DNA of 47,605 nt, filler included, from Streblomastix strix (GCA_008636045.1; 2 parts of 2 records of this genome joined end to end with filler, not necessarily neighbours in it), one strand, 5' to 3'. Numbered from the whole stretch's first letter, positions 27,026-41,794 are shown. Notes: generated by a model not told the origin, from the sequence alone. Numbers and translations are program-made.

Positions 27026-28734
27026 TCACATCTGACTAAAAGATTGCATGCCGTCTAAATAATATGTCAAGCTTTAGCTAGCTTCATGCTTTTATTTCTG
27101 TAGTTTAATATTTATATTATTTAAACAAAAAAAAAATGAATAAAAAAATTGTTTATATTAAAGAAAATATGTCTATTCTAAATATAATAATTTATTATAT
27201 ATAATCTCATTATATCAAATCCACGCACGCAAACCTTCATATACTGAACACTAATCATAACAACTGCAATAACACACGCAGTAGCAAAAACCAGAGTTCC
27301 AATCACAATTCCTGCAATTCCACCTTTACTGATTCTTTTATTCTTGAGTTTAGGAAGAGAGATTACTCCACTAATATAGTTGTAATGACTTCGCTACGAT
27401 AAGTAAAAGACACTTCTTTTTCCAGATTTACTTTTTGATCCTTTAAAAATAGCTCTGATTCTCTTTTTTATTATAGAATTGCTTGTCCATTCAATTGGAG
27501 GTTTGTTAAAGAAAAGTCTTGAGTCGCATCCTTCACTGTTTTTGTATTAATTTTTGTTGAAGGAGAAGTTGTTGTTATTAAAGCTTATCTCTGAAATATT
27601 ATTTGTGGATATAAAGTAGATTCCTCCTGTCAAGGAAAAGCGGTTGTTTGTGAATGTGTTGTTTTCTGCTATGATTATGCTTTTATTTCTTTCACTATTA
27701 TAATCAAAGATCTTTAAAGCTCCAGAACTGTTTTAATAACCAGTGCAATTTTCAAATAAATTTCTAATTACTGCCAAATGGATCTTTTAATCCCCTTGTA
27801 TATAGAGCGTTGACTTACTTAATGTGTTGATATTAGTGATATTGGTAAATTAGCAATCTTGGATATTAATAAAAGAGTTCTTAATAGATGATAGAATAAC
27901 GATAGCATCAAATCGAGATGAAACTGAGGCATTGCTGAACTTGCATTTATTGAAGATTATAGTACTACAATTGCTAATATATATCATAGATATATTTGAA
28001 GGCTAATCTAAACTTGCTCCATTGAATATGCATGAATCTATTTCAAATTTGCTGGCATTTCTAACAGAAATAAGATACATATCATTATCATTGCTACTAT
28101 ATTAAGCAGTATAAAATGAGCATTCTTTAACTGTTAAAGATATAGATTATTACTTTGATGACGCATAAATTAAGCAAACATTTGGAGATATTTTATCATT
28201 TACGATCCAAAATTCAAAATTCAGATTCTCTAGTATAAGATTTCCTTATTAAAGATCAATAATAGCATCACAGGTAGAATTGAATGACCAATTGCATTTA
28301 AGTGCATTAGATCCCTAAATAATAAAAATAATAATTAATAATCATTAATAAAATTAAGGGAAATAATTAAAGCAAACTTTGATGTGAATTGACGAATTTT
28401 GATTTATTTATAGATATTCATAATGGTTATTGTCAAACAAAGTAATTTAATAACCATCTATATCACTGCATGGCTAAGCAAGAGCATCTGAAATTGATGA
28501 AAATTATTCACCTCCAGTTTAACTCACATTCCATTAGCATGGTGAATTTATTTGTGAAGAAGAAAGCTCTGATTTTGAAAGGTAAACAGATTATTTGTAT
28601 TTAAATTTATGAATATATTTTGAATTATGTATTTGTTCCTTTTAATTTTCTTTCACAACTAATTCTTCACTATGCAACGACTGAAAATCCTCGCAGAAAA
28701 CAACTGATATTGCAATTAGAAATTCAACAATCAT
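27026..28734 (-). CDS. Type I membrane surface protein with a putative right-handed beta-helix (pectin-lyase-like) ectodomain, ~500 aa
   Basis: Signal peptide MIVEFLIAISVVFC; repeated xFxNC/NNxF/GA/GGI motifs; TM GGIAGIVIGTLVFATACVIAVVMISV; short tail KQKHEASQSLTYYLDGMQSFSQM*. Two introns; the frame is intact where translated. Confidence 0.75.
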
Positions 28735-29586
28735 CTAAAATAAGATATAAAGTTAAAAAATTGTTAAAAATAATTTTTTTTTTGAAAAATAATAAAGTAA
28801 AACAAAATAAATATTTCAAGATAACGCTTAAAAATTGTATTTAATAAATTTCTTCGTTTAAAGGATATTAATAAATTTGTAAAAGGGAATTGTTTTTATA
28901 AATATTACTAAACTATTTTTTAGCTGAAAAAAAACATATATACAAATATATAAATATATCTGCAAACATATTCAGATAATGATTAATGCCACATTTGATA
29001 TATCTCTTTTTATACAAAATAATTTTTCTTTTTTATATATTTATTGGAGATTCACTTATAATTTTTGTGCAATACTGAGAAATATGACATGAAATATTAT
29101 ATTTTAGAGGATTAATAGGAACAATTCAACAATTCAAAATCTATTCGAAATTTTGAAGTTGTTTAAATTTAATAATTCATTATTTTATTATATTAATATT
29201 TTAATTATTTAATTTATATTATAATTTCAGAATTATCTCTTTAAATTTTTTTTTTGAACTTTTCAACTGGAATGTATTTTTTGATTTAAGCATATTGTAT
29301 GTTCTGTAAATTAATTATAAGTATTTTTAATAAACAATTTATATTATAATGTTCTCTTGTTGTAATATTAATTTTTAAATCTTTTATTTTTATTTGACTA
29401 TTTTTCGAGTGCAATACATTGTATGTTTTCATGCGCCTTATTATTTGAAACTAAATTATATTTATCTGCAAGATCACATACAAGTATTGCAAATTTTGCT
29501 ATCTTATTCATGAATTCTAGAAAATTATTTTTAATAAACGCTAACTCAGTTTCAACTGCCACGCTGTGACTTCCAAATGTAGAATA

Positions 29587-29881
29587 TTGTTTACAAATTT
29601 CCAAATACTAATTTACAAATACGACACGCTGGTTTACTATTACCATAAGCTGGTTTATGAATGCCGCACACTGGTTTACGACTGTTGCACACTGGTTTAC
29701 GACTGTCGCACACTGGATTTACGACTGCCGCACACTAGTTTACAAATGTCACATACTGGTTTATAACTGCCGCACACTGGTTTACGACTGTTGCACACTG
29801 GTTTATAACTGCCACTCACTAATTGTCGATTGCCGCACATTGACTTACAAATGTCACATTAAAATTTACGTCAGTTGCACT
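29587..29881. repeat. Tandem array of ~14 x 21-bp units (consensus ctggtttacgactgccgcaca)
   Basis: Units start at 29608, 29629, 29650, 29671, 29692, 29713 (22 bp), 29735, 29756, 29777, 29798, 29819, 29840, degenerating at both ends. The minus strand reads as a heptad repeat QCA(T/A)VVN. Confidence 0.92.
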
Positions 29882-30053
29882 TATATAAACAATTGCTATT
29901 CACTTAATTAAAAAACATATTTACCATATTTTTTCGTATTTAGATTTTAACATATCATTCTAATCATTTTTCAATATTTAACCAATTATAATATATATTT
30001 TTAATTAATCTTAGTATCTTATTTTTTTTTTAAAACTAGCTTATTTAATCAGT

Positions 30054-33000
30054 TTGTCAAAGTCAAGCCAATATTTTGAAGCAATTGCTGACTATGGTGG
30101 AGTTGAAGGAGATACAAATTATATTGCTGTTATGAAAGGAGATGTGGTTCGATTGATAAAGAAGGATAAAGAATGGTTGACAGTTGAGAAAGATGGGGAT
30201 ATTGGAAAGGTACCAAAAAGAATATTAATTTAAAAGGAGAACTAATTTTCTTCTGTTGATATGAATTTGCAAGAACATTCATAACAAATTCCAATTGCAA
30301 AATAATCCCTGAAGGCATAAAATAAAAATTAAATGAAAAGACCTACAACTTCATAATCATCTTCAAGTTCTAAATAATCTTTTTCATTATATCAACAAAA
30401 TTCTAACTCCGATTCTCATAATAAACTTTCCAACGTATCAAAGCTAAATAAAATAAATTCAAATCCATTTGCAGATGCAAAATCTTCTTTTCATTAAACA
30501 TTATCTTATAAAATCATTTCACAAATAAAATCAATCCATCCAAAAGATAATCAATAATCATAAATCATTCCTCCTCATCCAAAAGTTCACATCATATAAC
30601 TATCTGAAAATAAAGATAAATCAAATATAATTTCCAAAACAAAGCTTGATTCCAGATCTGCACAATAAATGATGAGATAAAAAGGTAATTGAGTTAATAT
30701 CTAATTGAAAATAATTATTGTTCTAATTATTAATTCGAATAATTATTTTTTATATAATTGATTACTAATTTAAATTATTTTATTTCGAATCTTATTTAAT
30801 AATTTATTTCCATTTTATTTAAATAGCAAAACCAAAATATTAAATAGATCGATTGCATAAAATAATGAAAGATATTCATTACATTATTGAATCAAATACA
30901 ATAAATGATGAAATGAAAGAAATGAAATTAAAAAAAATATTTAATAAATTGAAATAGAAAGAAATACATAAATTAAGGAAAATATTTAATATTGATGCAT
31001 AGAAATTAATTCAAACTTATATTAATGATTGTAGAACAGGAATAGAGAAGTAATTATTGGATTTAATTGAATTAGTTGTAGAAAAAGGATAATAATATAG
31101 AAATAATAATGAATTCTTCGATTCATTTCAATAATCAGGACTCATAATTAATATTGAACAATTAATATAATAGAAAATAAAATAAGAAGAATATTATATT
31201 ATTCCTTTCTCCTAAATCACTGAATAATTGTTGAAAATCTATTTAAATATAATGAAATAATAATAAATGAAAGATGAAATGAAAGAATAAATCATCAAAA
31301 TAATGGATTAAAGTGATTCTAATATTCTTGGAAATAATTAATTATCCGAGTAAGAAAAAGAATCAAAAGCATAATAATTAATTAATTAAATAAAGAATAA
31401 TAAAATTAATGAATAAATAAAGATATACTAAATATGGATAATTAATTCTCGAATGAAGAATTGTACTACTCCATATGAAAAGATGCTATTGAATATTATT
31501 GAGTTAGTTGCAGAAAAAGGAATATAATATTCTTATTATAATTAATTCTTCAATGAATTTCAATAATCCGGACTCTTTTCTAAGATTGAACAATTAATAT
31601 AATAGAAAATAGAATAAGAAGAAAAAGAAAATATTCCTTTCTCCTAAATCACTGATTAATTGTTGAGAATATATTTGAATATAATGAAAGAAGAATAAAT
31701 AAAAGATGAAATGAAAGAATAAATCATCAAAATAATGGATTAAAGTGATTCTAATATTCTAGGAAATAATTAATTATCCGAGTAAGAAAAAGAATCAAAA
31801 GCATAATAATTAATTGAATAAATAAAAAACAAAAAAATTAATGAATAAATAAAGATATACTAAATATGGATAATTAATTCTCGAATGAAGAATTGCATTA
31901 CTCCATATGAAAAGATGCTATTGAATATTATTGAGTTAGTTGCAGAAAATGGATAATAATATTTTTATAATTAATTCTTCGATTCATTTCAATAATCTGG
32001 AATCATTAATAAGATTTAACAATTAATTAAAGATAAGATTAAGATTGAAAAGAAATAAAAGAAATATTCAGAAGAAACAGAACAATTAACAAGAATTTAT
32101 ATTCTTATAATGAAAGGAAGAGAATCAGATTAATAAATGATTGATATTTATGAATAAATCATTAATAAAAATATAAATAATTTAGTAAATATATTCAATA
32201 TCTTAAAAGAAGATAATAATAAAAGAATTAATAATTAAATGAATAAAGAAAAAATAGAAAGTGAATTAAAATAATCAGCTGAATTAATTAGAGTAATTTC
32301 TTTAATTAGAGGCAAAGGTCCGAAATATTTTTATGGAACAAAGATTCCAGATCAGATAATTAAGATTCTGAAAGAAAAAATATATCAATTGATTCATATA
32401 AATTGCACAAGAAACATAAATTGTAATAAACGCATCATCATTCAAGCATCTCCTGCTTTATAAGAATTAAAAGTAGATGTATTCTAAGCTCTTGTTGAAG
32501 CTTCATATAATAAATATAATAATTAAATCATAAACATGTTAAATTAAGATAATAACTTCTTTCCTCATCTTGCACAATTCATAATTTCATATTCAACATA
32601 ATTTCAACTTGATTAGAAAACAAACATTAATTAATAATAACATTAATAATAATCTGAATATTCTTCTTCTCCATCATTTATTTCTTCTTCACTTCATTTC
32701 CTTTAGAAACAAATCAAGAATAATAATAAACACAAATAAATAATCTAAATTCCAAACTTTCTTAATTCACTCACTATACTTATTAATTATAAACGCTACA
32801 TGCACATCAATAATGAATAAGATATATAATCATATGAAATTGGATGTAGGAGCAGATAATGTCTTAAATAGATTCAGTAATAAGGTGATTAATAAGATTA
32901 ATCTGAACTAATCAATGTTGGATATGGAAGAGTACTAATCATATCTATTAGTACTGCAGGTGGGGCAGAAGAGTAAAGAGATAAGGAGATCTATGACAGA

Positions 33001-33279
33001 TTACTTTACATCTATAAATATCTCAATAAACTTAATAACTTTAATAATAATAGTAATAATAATAATAATAAACCATCCTTCCCAGCATAACCTGCTCTTT
33101 CTAAAAGCTGCATCGAACAAATCGAAGAAGAAGGAGGAAATGAAGAAGTTGAATCATAATTAATAAATAAGGGATATAAATATGGTGATAATATCAAATA
33201 TTCTGCAAATGAAATAAAAGAAGATATTCTAAACTTTTATATTGACTGGAGGAACCCAAAGCCATGGTCGTATCAATGA
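30054..33279 (+). CDS. SH3-domain protein with internal helical repeats and an ARM-like C-terminal region; start codon not found
   Basis: SH3: YFEAIADYGGVEGDTNYIAVMKGDVVRLIKKDKEWLTVEKDGDIGKVP. Intron at ~30685-30826. The C-terminus reads QSELINVGYGRVLIISISTAGG...EQIEEEGGNEEVESQLINKG...ILNFYIDWRNPKPWSYQ* (TGA 33277-33279). Only TTG (30054) lies where an ATG is expected. Confidence 0.7.
31050..32040 (+). repeat. Intragenic tandem duplication, 432-bp (144-aa) period, ~2.3 copies
   Basis: Near-identical blocks at 31271/31703, 31313/31745 and 31431/31863; the IELVxExG...FQQSG motif occurs three times. Confidence 0.9.
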
Positions 33280-33384
33280 GTTTTTTCAGTTTTTCACATT
33301 TGAGTAATAAGTGTTTATTTAATATTGATTTGCATGACCTGTTTTTTTATTAGCATAATTTTATAGTAATAATATAATTATAAA

Positions 33385-34560
33385 AATTCGATATATTATT
33401 GAGATTGGAATTTTAATTTCGCAACTGTGAATTCCACCGAGTTCCTGACAAAGTTTGCAAGTGGGGATTGCCATATATAATATGTAAATTGTTGATAATT
33501 TTACAGAGTTTTATATTTATAGCATGTAACCGATAAAAGAACTTTAAAGTGATATATGTATATAAGCACTTTATCATTTTATTTAATGTAGTGATAATTA
33601 TTATATACGATTAATTTATTTATAATATTATTAGAATCTATCAAAAAGTCTACCAGCCAATTATTAATTAATCTAAACTCTTATTTTTCTTCATAAAACC
33701 TTCTTTATTTCTTGATTCAATATGCATTTTTTTGTTTACTTTAAGAAATGTTAATAAAAATATATTTATTCTTTCTTTTTGACTTTTTCTTAAATAAATA
33801 TTCAAAACATTTTTCACTTTAATGATACTTAGATTTTGTCAGAAAAGTTATTTGGTCTTAAACTATCTATTATTATTCACAAAAATCTAAAACAATAGTT
33901 TAACATTCTGAAAATGATTGTGGTAAAACAAGGGAAATTTGATCTGTCAAGCAAAGGAGCAATTTGTTTAAGCTTTGAGCTTAAAGGTAGATTATTCTAC
34001 ATTATTGCCAGCCATTTAAGAAGTGGTTGAGGTATTTATCTTTCAAAAAATCAGAAAATTTTTCTTAATCATTTCCCCTTTTTATTTAATTATTAACTAA
34101 TTTTCCAAATATTTCCAGAAAAAACAAGTCGACGTCGTGACGATTTCCATCCATGATGTGCGAATCCTTCTTTGATAAATTATCTCAATCGTGCATATTA
34201 GCCAACAATCACGATTACTGCTTCTTCATGGGCGACTTAAACTTGAGTATGTGGATGAAGATGCAAAGAAAAGACATTGAAAGAGGTTTATTATGCGGTA
34301 AATTAGAAAGATTATTAACTTTTGATGAATTGAATATGAAAAAGTATTGAAGGAGAAGTTTTGATGAGTTTGAAGAGATGAGGATCACTTGGGGGTCCAA
34401 CTTATAGGTTTAATGTTGGGAGCTACGTGTTTGATACGAAGTTTGAATAATGAGTAAAAAATTAAAAATTTAAATTTTTTTATAATATGTTTTCTTAGTC
34501 ATAAGATGCATCTTCCTGCATGGTGTGACATTGTTCTCTTCTGCTGAAACGATCCAACAC
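33385..34560 (+). pseudogene. Inositol polyphosphate 5-phosphatase pseudogene; a degraded Q/N-rich tail continues to ~38000
   Basis: Motifs SKGAICLSFELKGRLFYIIASHLRSG, HDYCFFMGDLN, LLTFDEL, ITWG/PTYRF...DT and PAWCD. TGA stops at 34028, 34348 and 34545, plus frameshifts. Confidence 0.85.
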
Positions 34561-37500
34561 AAGTTCCAACCTTCAAGAATTAAATACCATAATTAAACCA
34601 ATCATTAATATTATCCTTAAATAAATCAAATATATTATATCCTCCTTAATGATTATATACATCTACATCAACATATCGGTCAACATCTTCATATTTATCA
34701 TCAAATGATTCACTTTCCAATTCTAACTAAACTTTGAATTCTCAATTACACACTCTTGATGAATAATAACATCAATTATAAACAACATGATCAACAAACT
34801 AACAACAACGAAATATAAATACAATAAATGAATTATAATAGAATCATGCATTTGAAAGAAGAGATTCCATATCATCTTCTTCTTCATCTGATTCTGACAG
34901 ATATTCAACTCCATTTCTAACTCGAAAACCTTCAGATTTCCCACCATAACCTCCTTCATTTTAATTATTATTAATAGAAAATGAATTTAATCAGTAAAAT
35001 GAAAAGAATGAATAAAAATTGATTTTGAATTTGTAGGATAAATAATCGAATGAATAGAAATTGGAGAATGTTGAGTAAGTTGATGTAGAATAAGAAATTT
35101 CGCAGTAAAATGAGTCAAATCCAGAATTTTCAGAAAGATAAAACAAAAAGAAGCCAATTTGGGCTCCTTTAGCACCATAGCCAGTATTGAAAAAGCGAAA
35201 TACATAACCAATACAAATAATTTTTAATAAATATGAGAAAAAATTGGCATAATCAACAACATTCAAATTATAGATACTGAATAAAATGATATCGGAGTAA
35301 GAGAATAAAAATTCTGTGAATAAATAAAAATAGTAAATAATAATAATATTAGATGAGAATGAGAAAGAAAATAAATAATGGGAAGATATGAAATTAGAAA
35401 ATGAAAACGTTTCAGATTAAAATGAAAAATAATTTAGATTATCATAATTTGAAATTAAATCAAAAAGTATTACATTTTTATAAAGGATTTATACATATTC
35501 CATCTGCATGTACATAATGATCTATTGCTTTGAAATCTCAAGGAGAATAATCATTTGCTTCGTATCATTCAGCAAGGTATCTATATATTAATAAGAAAAG
35601 GAACAACCATAATAATAAAAATAATAAAAGTTAGTTAACGAACTGATAATTTCAAATGAATCAATTACAAGAACTATTTCAACTTCATCATGTATAGAAA
35701 TTATATCAATAATAGAATTAAATAAGAATATAACAGAAATTGTAACAATAGGAGCATGAAATTGAGATAAGTAGTGAAAAACAATATATAAAAGAAAGAA
35801 AAATTTAGAATGAAAGAATATAAGGATCAAAAATTAGAATAAATAATATTATAATACGAAGATACGGATGACAAATTATTTTAAATTTAACTTAAAGGAT
35901 AATAACAGATTCAAAATTATTACAATTAGTAGTGATTATCTTAAATGTAATAATAGTAGCGAAAATAATTCAATAATTTTGTATATTGATAACTTTCACC
36001 AACTATATTTATTTAAACAAGTCCATAATCACAAATCTAAATTCAATAATTGTTAGATTCATAATAAAAAAACTTAAATCAACCATCATTACTAATTGAA
36101 ACTTGTTCAATGGAACACGCAAATCATAAATCAAAATAGATTATATTCTAATAATAATAAAAATAATTACTTATTAAGGAAGATAATTAATCATAATAAC
36201 GAATTATTGTTTCATTATCGTTATAAAAATAAGGGTTTAATGAATAAAAGTAATAAATACTAAATAATTCCTAACTATTTTTAATACTATATTAATTTTA
36301 TAATAATTACAAACAATAATACTAACCTAGTTCTTAAAATTATTTCAATCTTTAACATAACAATATAATTCTTCAAATCTAATGATATAAATCCAATTCG
36401 AATATATTAATTAAAATAGATAAACTAAACGAACAATAAACTAAATTATTAGAATAATCAGAATAATAAATATATTTTATTCATTAATATCAAAAACAGT
36501 TATAATAATGAAATAAATATAATTCATAAGATTTATTATAAAATTTATCATCTAAGATCATTAAAGTTCTTTCACCTAAAGCAAATGTAATTATAATATT
36601 CAATGTTGATTAAATAGATATTGACGATTTTAGTCTGAATAAATAATTAAATTGTCTTAATTGATTCAGTTTCAACTAAATCAAATGTGCACATAAAATT
36701 TGAACCCATAAATTAAAGATATAAACAATTAATCGTTTGAAATTTTCGTTTTCGAATAAGAATCATTCAAATCTGTAGTTTGGTTTAGAAATATATATGT
36801 TTTCCATCAAGTATCATTATTTTCATTAAATTTTGGATAAAAGAAAGAATGATCAGATCAAATAAATATCAGAGATCTTTTCAGTGAAAGTGAAGCTGAT
36901 TTTCAGGAAGATGAAACATAGACTGTTGATTCTGGAATGAACCGGCAGATGTTGATCACTTAAAATCATTTATCAGTTATTTAATAAGAATATTTATTAA
37001 AATATGATTAAAGATGAATTGAACTTGAAGGAAAAAAGAATTGATAATAAATTAAAAGCAAATTTAAAATATGATATTAAAAAAATCAAGAAAAATTACA
37101 AAAAAATAGAATGGTTGTTGAAGTAGACAATTTAAACGAAAATTACTATAATGAAAGATAAAATATAAAATAGTAAATTCACAAGTTTAAATAACTTTAT
37201 AAATTTTTATCCTATATCCGATTATACTTATTATTACAATCTGTTGCCATTATCAAAATAATATAATTAAACCCATTCAATGATAAAACAATCAATACCA
37301 AAATCTTCTTCAAATTCAACAATTAGATTTCTTACTCCTTCGAATTAAATCATATAGTCACATTATAACTCAAAATTAATAAGAAAACATAAGTAAAATT
37401 AAAATTGATGCTAATCAATTAATTGAAATGAATTCGATTCAAGCTCTAAATTAATAAAAAAAATAACATTTGAATTATATTTTAAGCTAACTAATTAATG

Positions 37501-38079
37501 ATAATTGAAATCAAATAGATTCGAGATAATAATAAGATGATTAATTAGGTTAGTATTATGGAGTGTAATAATAGAGATAATCAAATTAGAAGAGTTTTGG
37601 CTATTAGTTGAATTTAATTTATTGTAAATAAGATTAATAATTAGATTAATAATAAGATTATTAATCACATAAATAAGCTCAATAAACACTCGAATATCGC
37701 ACATCTGAATCACCCTCTATGCAATACTCATAAAATATGCATTCCAACCAATTTAACATTCAATCCCCTTCACAGATAATATCTCCATCTGATGCAAGCT
37801 AATTATCTCCAACAGAGATGCATTCATTCTGAGTTCCAGTGAGTAAGACTAATTAGAAGAATAAGAAGAATTAATCTCTTAAATAGATTTAAAAATATAA
37901 GAAAAATGAATAGCAAGAGATTAAATTGAGATATGACTTTAATCAACTTTTTTATTATTCAATTTTATAAATAATAATCAAAATGACTACATATTAAAAC
38001 TGTTTCATTCATCCTTAAAGAATTAAATTAAATATCAAAATTCAAATATTACTTAAATCCTCACTATTGTCATAATATT

Positions 38080-41000
38080 AATACCCTTCATCATCATCGT
38101 CAGTTCTTCGAGGTTTTCTTTTGTTCATTTGCATGTTTATATTAATTTTCTTTCTCGATTTCTCATTTATTTCATATTATTCTTTGCTAATCATATTATT
38201 TGATTCTTATTATTCTTCAATATCTTTAATTAACTATTGTATTAAGTTTTTCTTTTTCATTTTTGCATTCATACTTCTTTTAGATGAAACTTTTGGAATT
38301 GATAATTCTATATGTTTCTGCCTAATAAATTATTCTGAATCTTATTTTGATAAAACCGAAATTTCTTCATTGCTTGATTTGAAAATGAGTTATTATTATG
38401 TTGAATTTGAATTTAAAGTAAGTTATAACTATTTTTATTATATGGTGAATTAAAATATTGATGATTCTGAGATAGATTGAATAAGCAGAATATCTAACGG
38501 ATTTAAGATGTATTATTATAATTCTGAAATTTGTAAATCTGCAAATTATAATAATGAAGATAAAGAAGAAGATGAAGAAATATTGTTCCAATATTATATT
38601 GAATCATCATATTCTGATTGATTATTTGGTAATTTTTATTGATTTATCAACTAATATTACTACTATAGTTATTTATTAGATGAATATAAAAATAGAATTA
38701 CCATTTTATCATTTTTTTCTGAATTTATGTTCTATCTAATGCATTTTAAGTTAATTTATTTGAGTATTGATGAATCTAAGATTGAATATTCGTAGAATTC
38801 CTTCAAATGTTCCAATTTTCAAACTATATTTGTTATCGCCAATAATTCTCTTTAGTGATTAACATACGCGTTCGCAACTTGCTTCACTTGTTGTTATTTA
38901 AAATATTATTCTTGCAAATTGGCATAATAACTCGTATTTATTCATTTTTCTTTTATTTTTTCTTTCATATTCTTGATCTCATGTTTTATTTCCGCTTAAT
39001 TCCAACTCGTTCCAAAATGAAATTCCACCATTGAATATTTCGTTTTTCCTATGAAATCTTTATTTTTACCCATATATCATAATCTTTAGCATAAATTTAC
39101 AAGCTTTTCTTAATATGCATTTATCCTCTTTATAGAATATTTTTTTCAAGTAATGATTTAATGTGACATTCAATGTATTTCGAAGATTGTTCCGGCTAAT
39201 CATTTTTTATTTTTTTTTATGTTTTATTTTATATTAAATTTTTTTATTTCTCTTATTATATATTTTTTCAATAATTTTATTCCGAATCATTATCCGCCTT
39301 ATTTTCTGTGTCATTATCTATGTTTTTTTTTCATTTATTTCTCAAAAATTACTTAATCTTCAATAATATTCCTTCTTCTTTCTGCTACTCTTAATGCTAT
39401 TACAGAAATTTCTATTTTTTGCAATTTATTAGATATCAATATTAATTATAACATATTTACAAATTCTTTTTGTTTCAGATCAGTATCTTACTATTCTATT
39501 TATTTTTCAACTTCATTTAGTTTAAAATCTTCATCATCATCTATTTAAATTTATTCTTAGTTTTCTTGTTATTGGTGAAACATTAAGTTTGGGAATTGAG
39601 TTTAAATCTAATACTCAATATCAAGGAAAGCTTCATACAAAGCGCCACGCTATAATGAAAAAATATCCATAAGAGTTAATATATAAGCCAAATGGTATAG
39701 TAATCCATTAATATTTCCAAATGTTAGGACATGTGCATTATTTGCAAAATAATTCGTAATTTCTATCCAATTCTATTCTTTATGCTGCTAAGTAATAAGA
39801 CTAAGTCTTTAGAAATTCTGGAATTTCAATGGTGCAACATCTGAAAGACTTGTATGAGATGCTTTAAATCTTAATAAAAGAATATATGTTGGATGTAATA
39901 TACAATGAAGTTGCAAAGATTCGTAGATGAACTGCTCTGTTGATATGTTAAGATAAGGAGTAGTTGTAGGGAAACCTGCCCTAATTTGATCCTGATTTAC
40001 TTCAACAAACAATGTCAACATAAATACATCCAACGTTAATGTTAAAGTTTTGGACATTGCTGCTTAAATTGAATCTTGTAGATTTTCTTTTATAACAATT
40101 TAGAGAAAACGATTAAGTTTGATGTATAATCCAATAAATCTTAATTTTATTCAGTTGTTTTAACCAATGATGTAAGAAGTAGATGATAAAGACACTTGGG
40201 ATTCAATATCACATCTTCAGAAAATTCTTCAAGAAAGTTAATAAAGGAATTAATGTTATTCTCATTCCAATGTAATACTGAAAACAGTGATCTTGCAGAA
40301 TAAAATATCAATGATATTAGTTTAATAAGATATGGTTTAAATTCATTAATCGTGTATACAGTCAGCTAACCTTCTTACTCGCCAGTGGTTATTCCTTCTA
40401 CAATGTGAGGAATTACACAATTTTGTTGAGTTATTAAGTTGTTAATAGTTAGAGCTGCGTATCTATCGCCAATTTTTGTGTCAGTATCTACTGCTAATGT
40501 AGTTTCTGTCCCATTAAGCTTTTATAATACCATTGTCTGAATGTTCTGCCCAATTTGAGTAGTTGTCTTGGAAGCATTTTATCAACTCATCTTTACTCAT
40601 ATTTATAAAACACTGTCACTTTTCTTATCTCTTGCAAAGTTTATAGTTTCTTCGTTATATTAATCAAATAATGGGTTCTCTATAGCTAAAAATGCAATTA
40701 CATGGGTAGCCGACCATATATGAAGAATCTCATATCCTTTAAAGTATTGAACTTCAATTATATTCTCATTTTCATAATCTTCATTAGAACTCCCTTCTTA
40801 ATCACTTTCACTCGGATTAAAAGAATACAACAAAATTGATTCAACTTATTTCCAGTTATGATCTTTAGTCAAATAATCATCGATTTCCTTAGCACTCCTA
40901 TTCTCAAAATAATAATGTTTTTTAGGCCTTTCAGCTTCGCAGAGAGAGTAAATATGCCCATTTTGTCGATTTTCATTTATGTCACATCTTCCATAAGACA

Positions 41001-41294
41001 TATAAATCAGATAATTTTCATTTTGAATAGTTTTTCTATCTCCATCCAAATTTTTCTGTTTATTGGATGTAATATAATACCACTCTCTAAAAGAGATAAA
41101 AAATAATTAGATCATCACGTACCTTTTTATTTTTAAATCGTAAACTTGGATATTGCATGTAATTATTAGCTGATTTCACATATTAAAATATATTGAATGT
41201 GTTACTTGAGGCCTTTTTTCAAATTAGGCTAATTAATTCCATCATTTTAAGCTCCTTTTCTAGTCAATGAATTGGACCATTTCTTGATCATCAT
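38080..41294 (-). mobile_element. Decayed hAT-superfamily transposase
   Basis: C-terminal dimerisation motif FW...YELLCQFARIIFQITTSEASCERVCQSLKRIIGDNKYSL at ~39030-38820, and an N-terminal IAFLAIENPLF motif at ~40700. Many TGAs and frameshifts; boundaries are approximate and no TIRs were found. Confidence 0.7.
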
Positions 41295-41794
41295 TTTTAC
41301 AAATAATTATTTATAAAATCGGATTAAGAATAAATATTAAATAAATATTAAAATTTTTATAATTTATAATCAAATACTTCAAATATTAATTAAGTATTTA
41401 AGTAAAATATTTTTAAAAAAATTATAATTAAAATATATAGTTAAAATTTAAATAAATTTGTTTTCAATTTTTAAATATTTATAATGTGAACAAATTAAAA
41501 TTAATTTTATTTAAAGTAAACTTTTGAAAATATTAAATTTGAGTGTGAAATTTATATTATAATAACTTTTAGCGATTTTTAATTAAATATTCTTTAATTA
41601 TCATGTCAATTTTATAGATATTGATTAAAATTATTATAATTCATTACGAACAATATTAGGCTACTTGTGTTTAATATTATACTGCAGATATTGAGAAAAA
41701 AAATTCTTTTCTTTTTGAAAAAATATTTTTTTTTTATTTTTTTATAAATGATTTTATAGTATTATTTTACAACATTATTATTATTCTTTTATTA

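Noticed and set aside
29587..29881. Possible CRISPR array
   Set aside because: Contiguous 21-bp units without unique spacers, no cas genes, eukaryotic context
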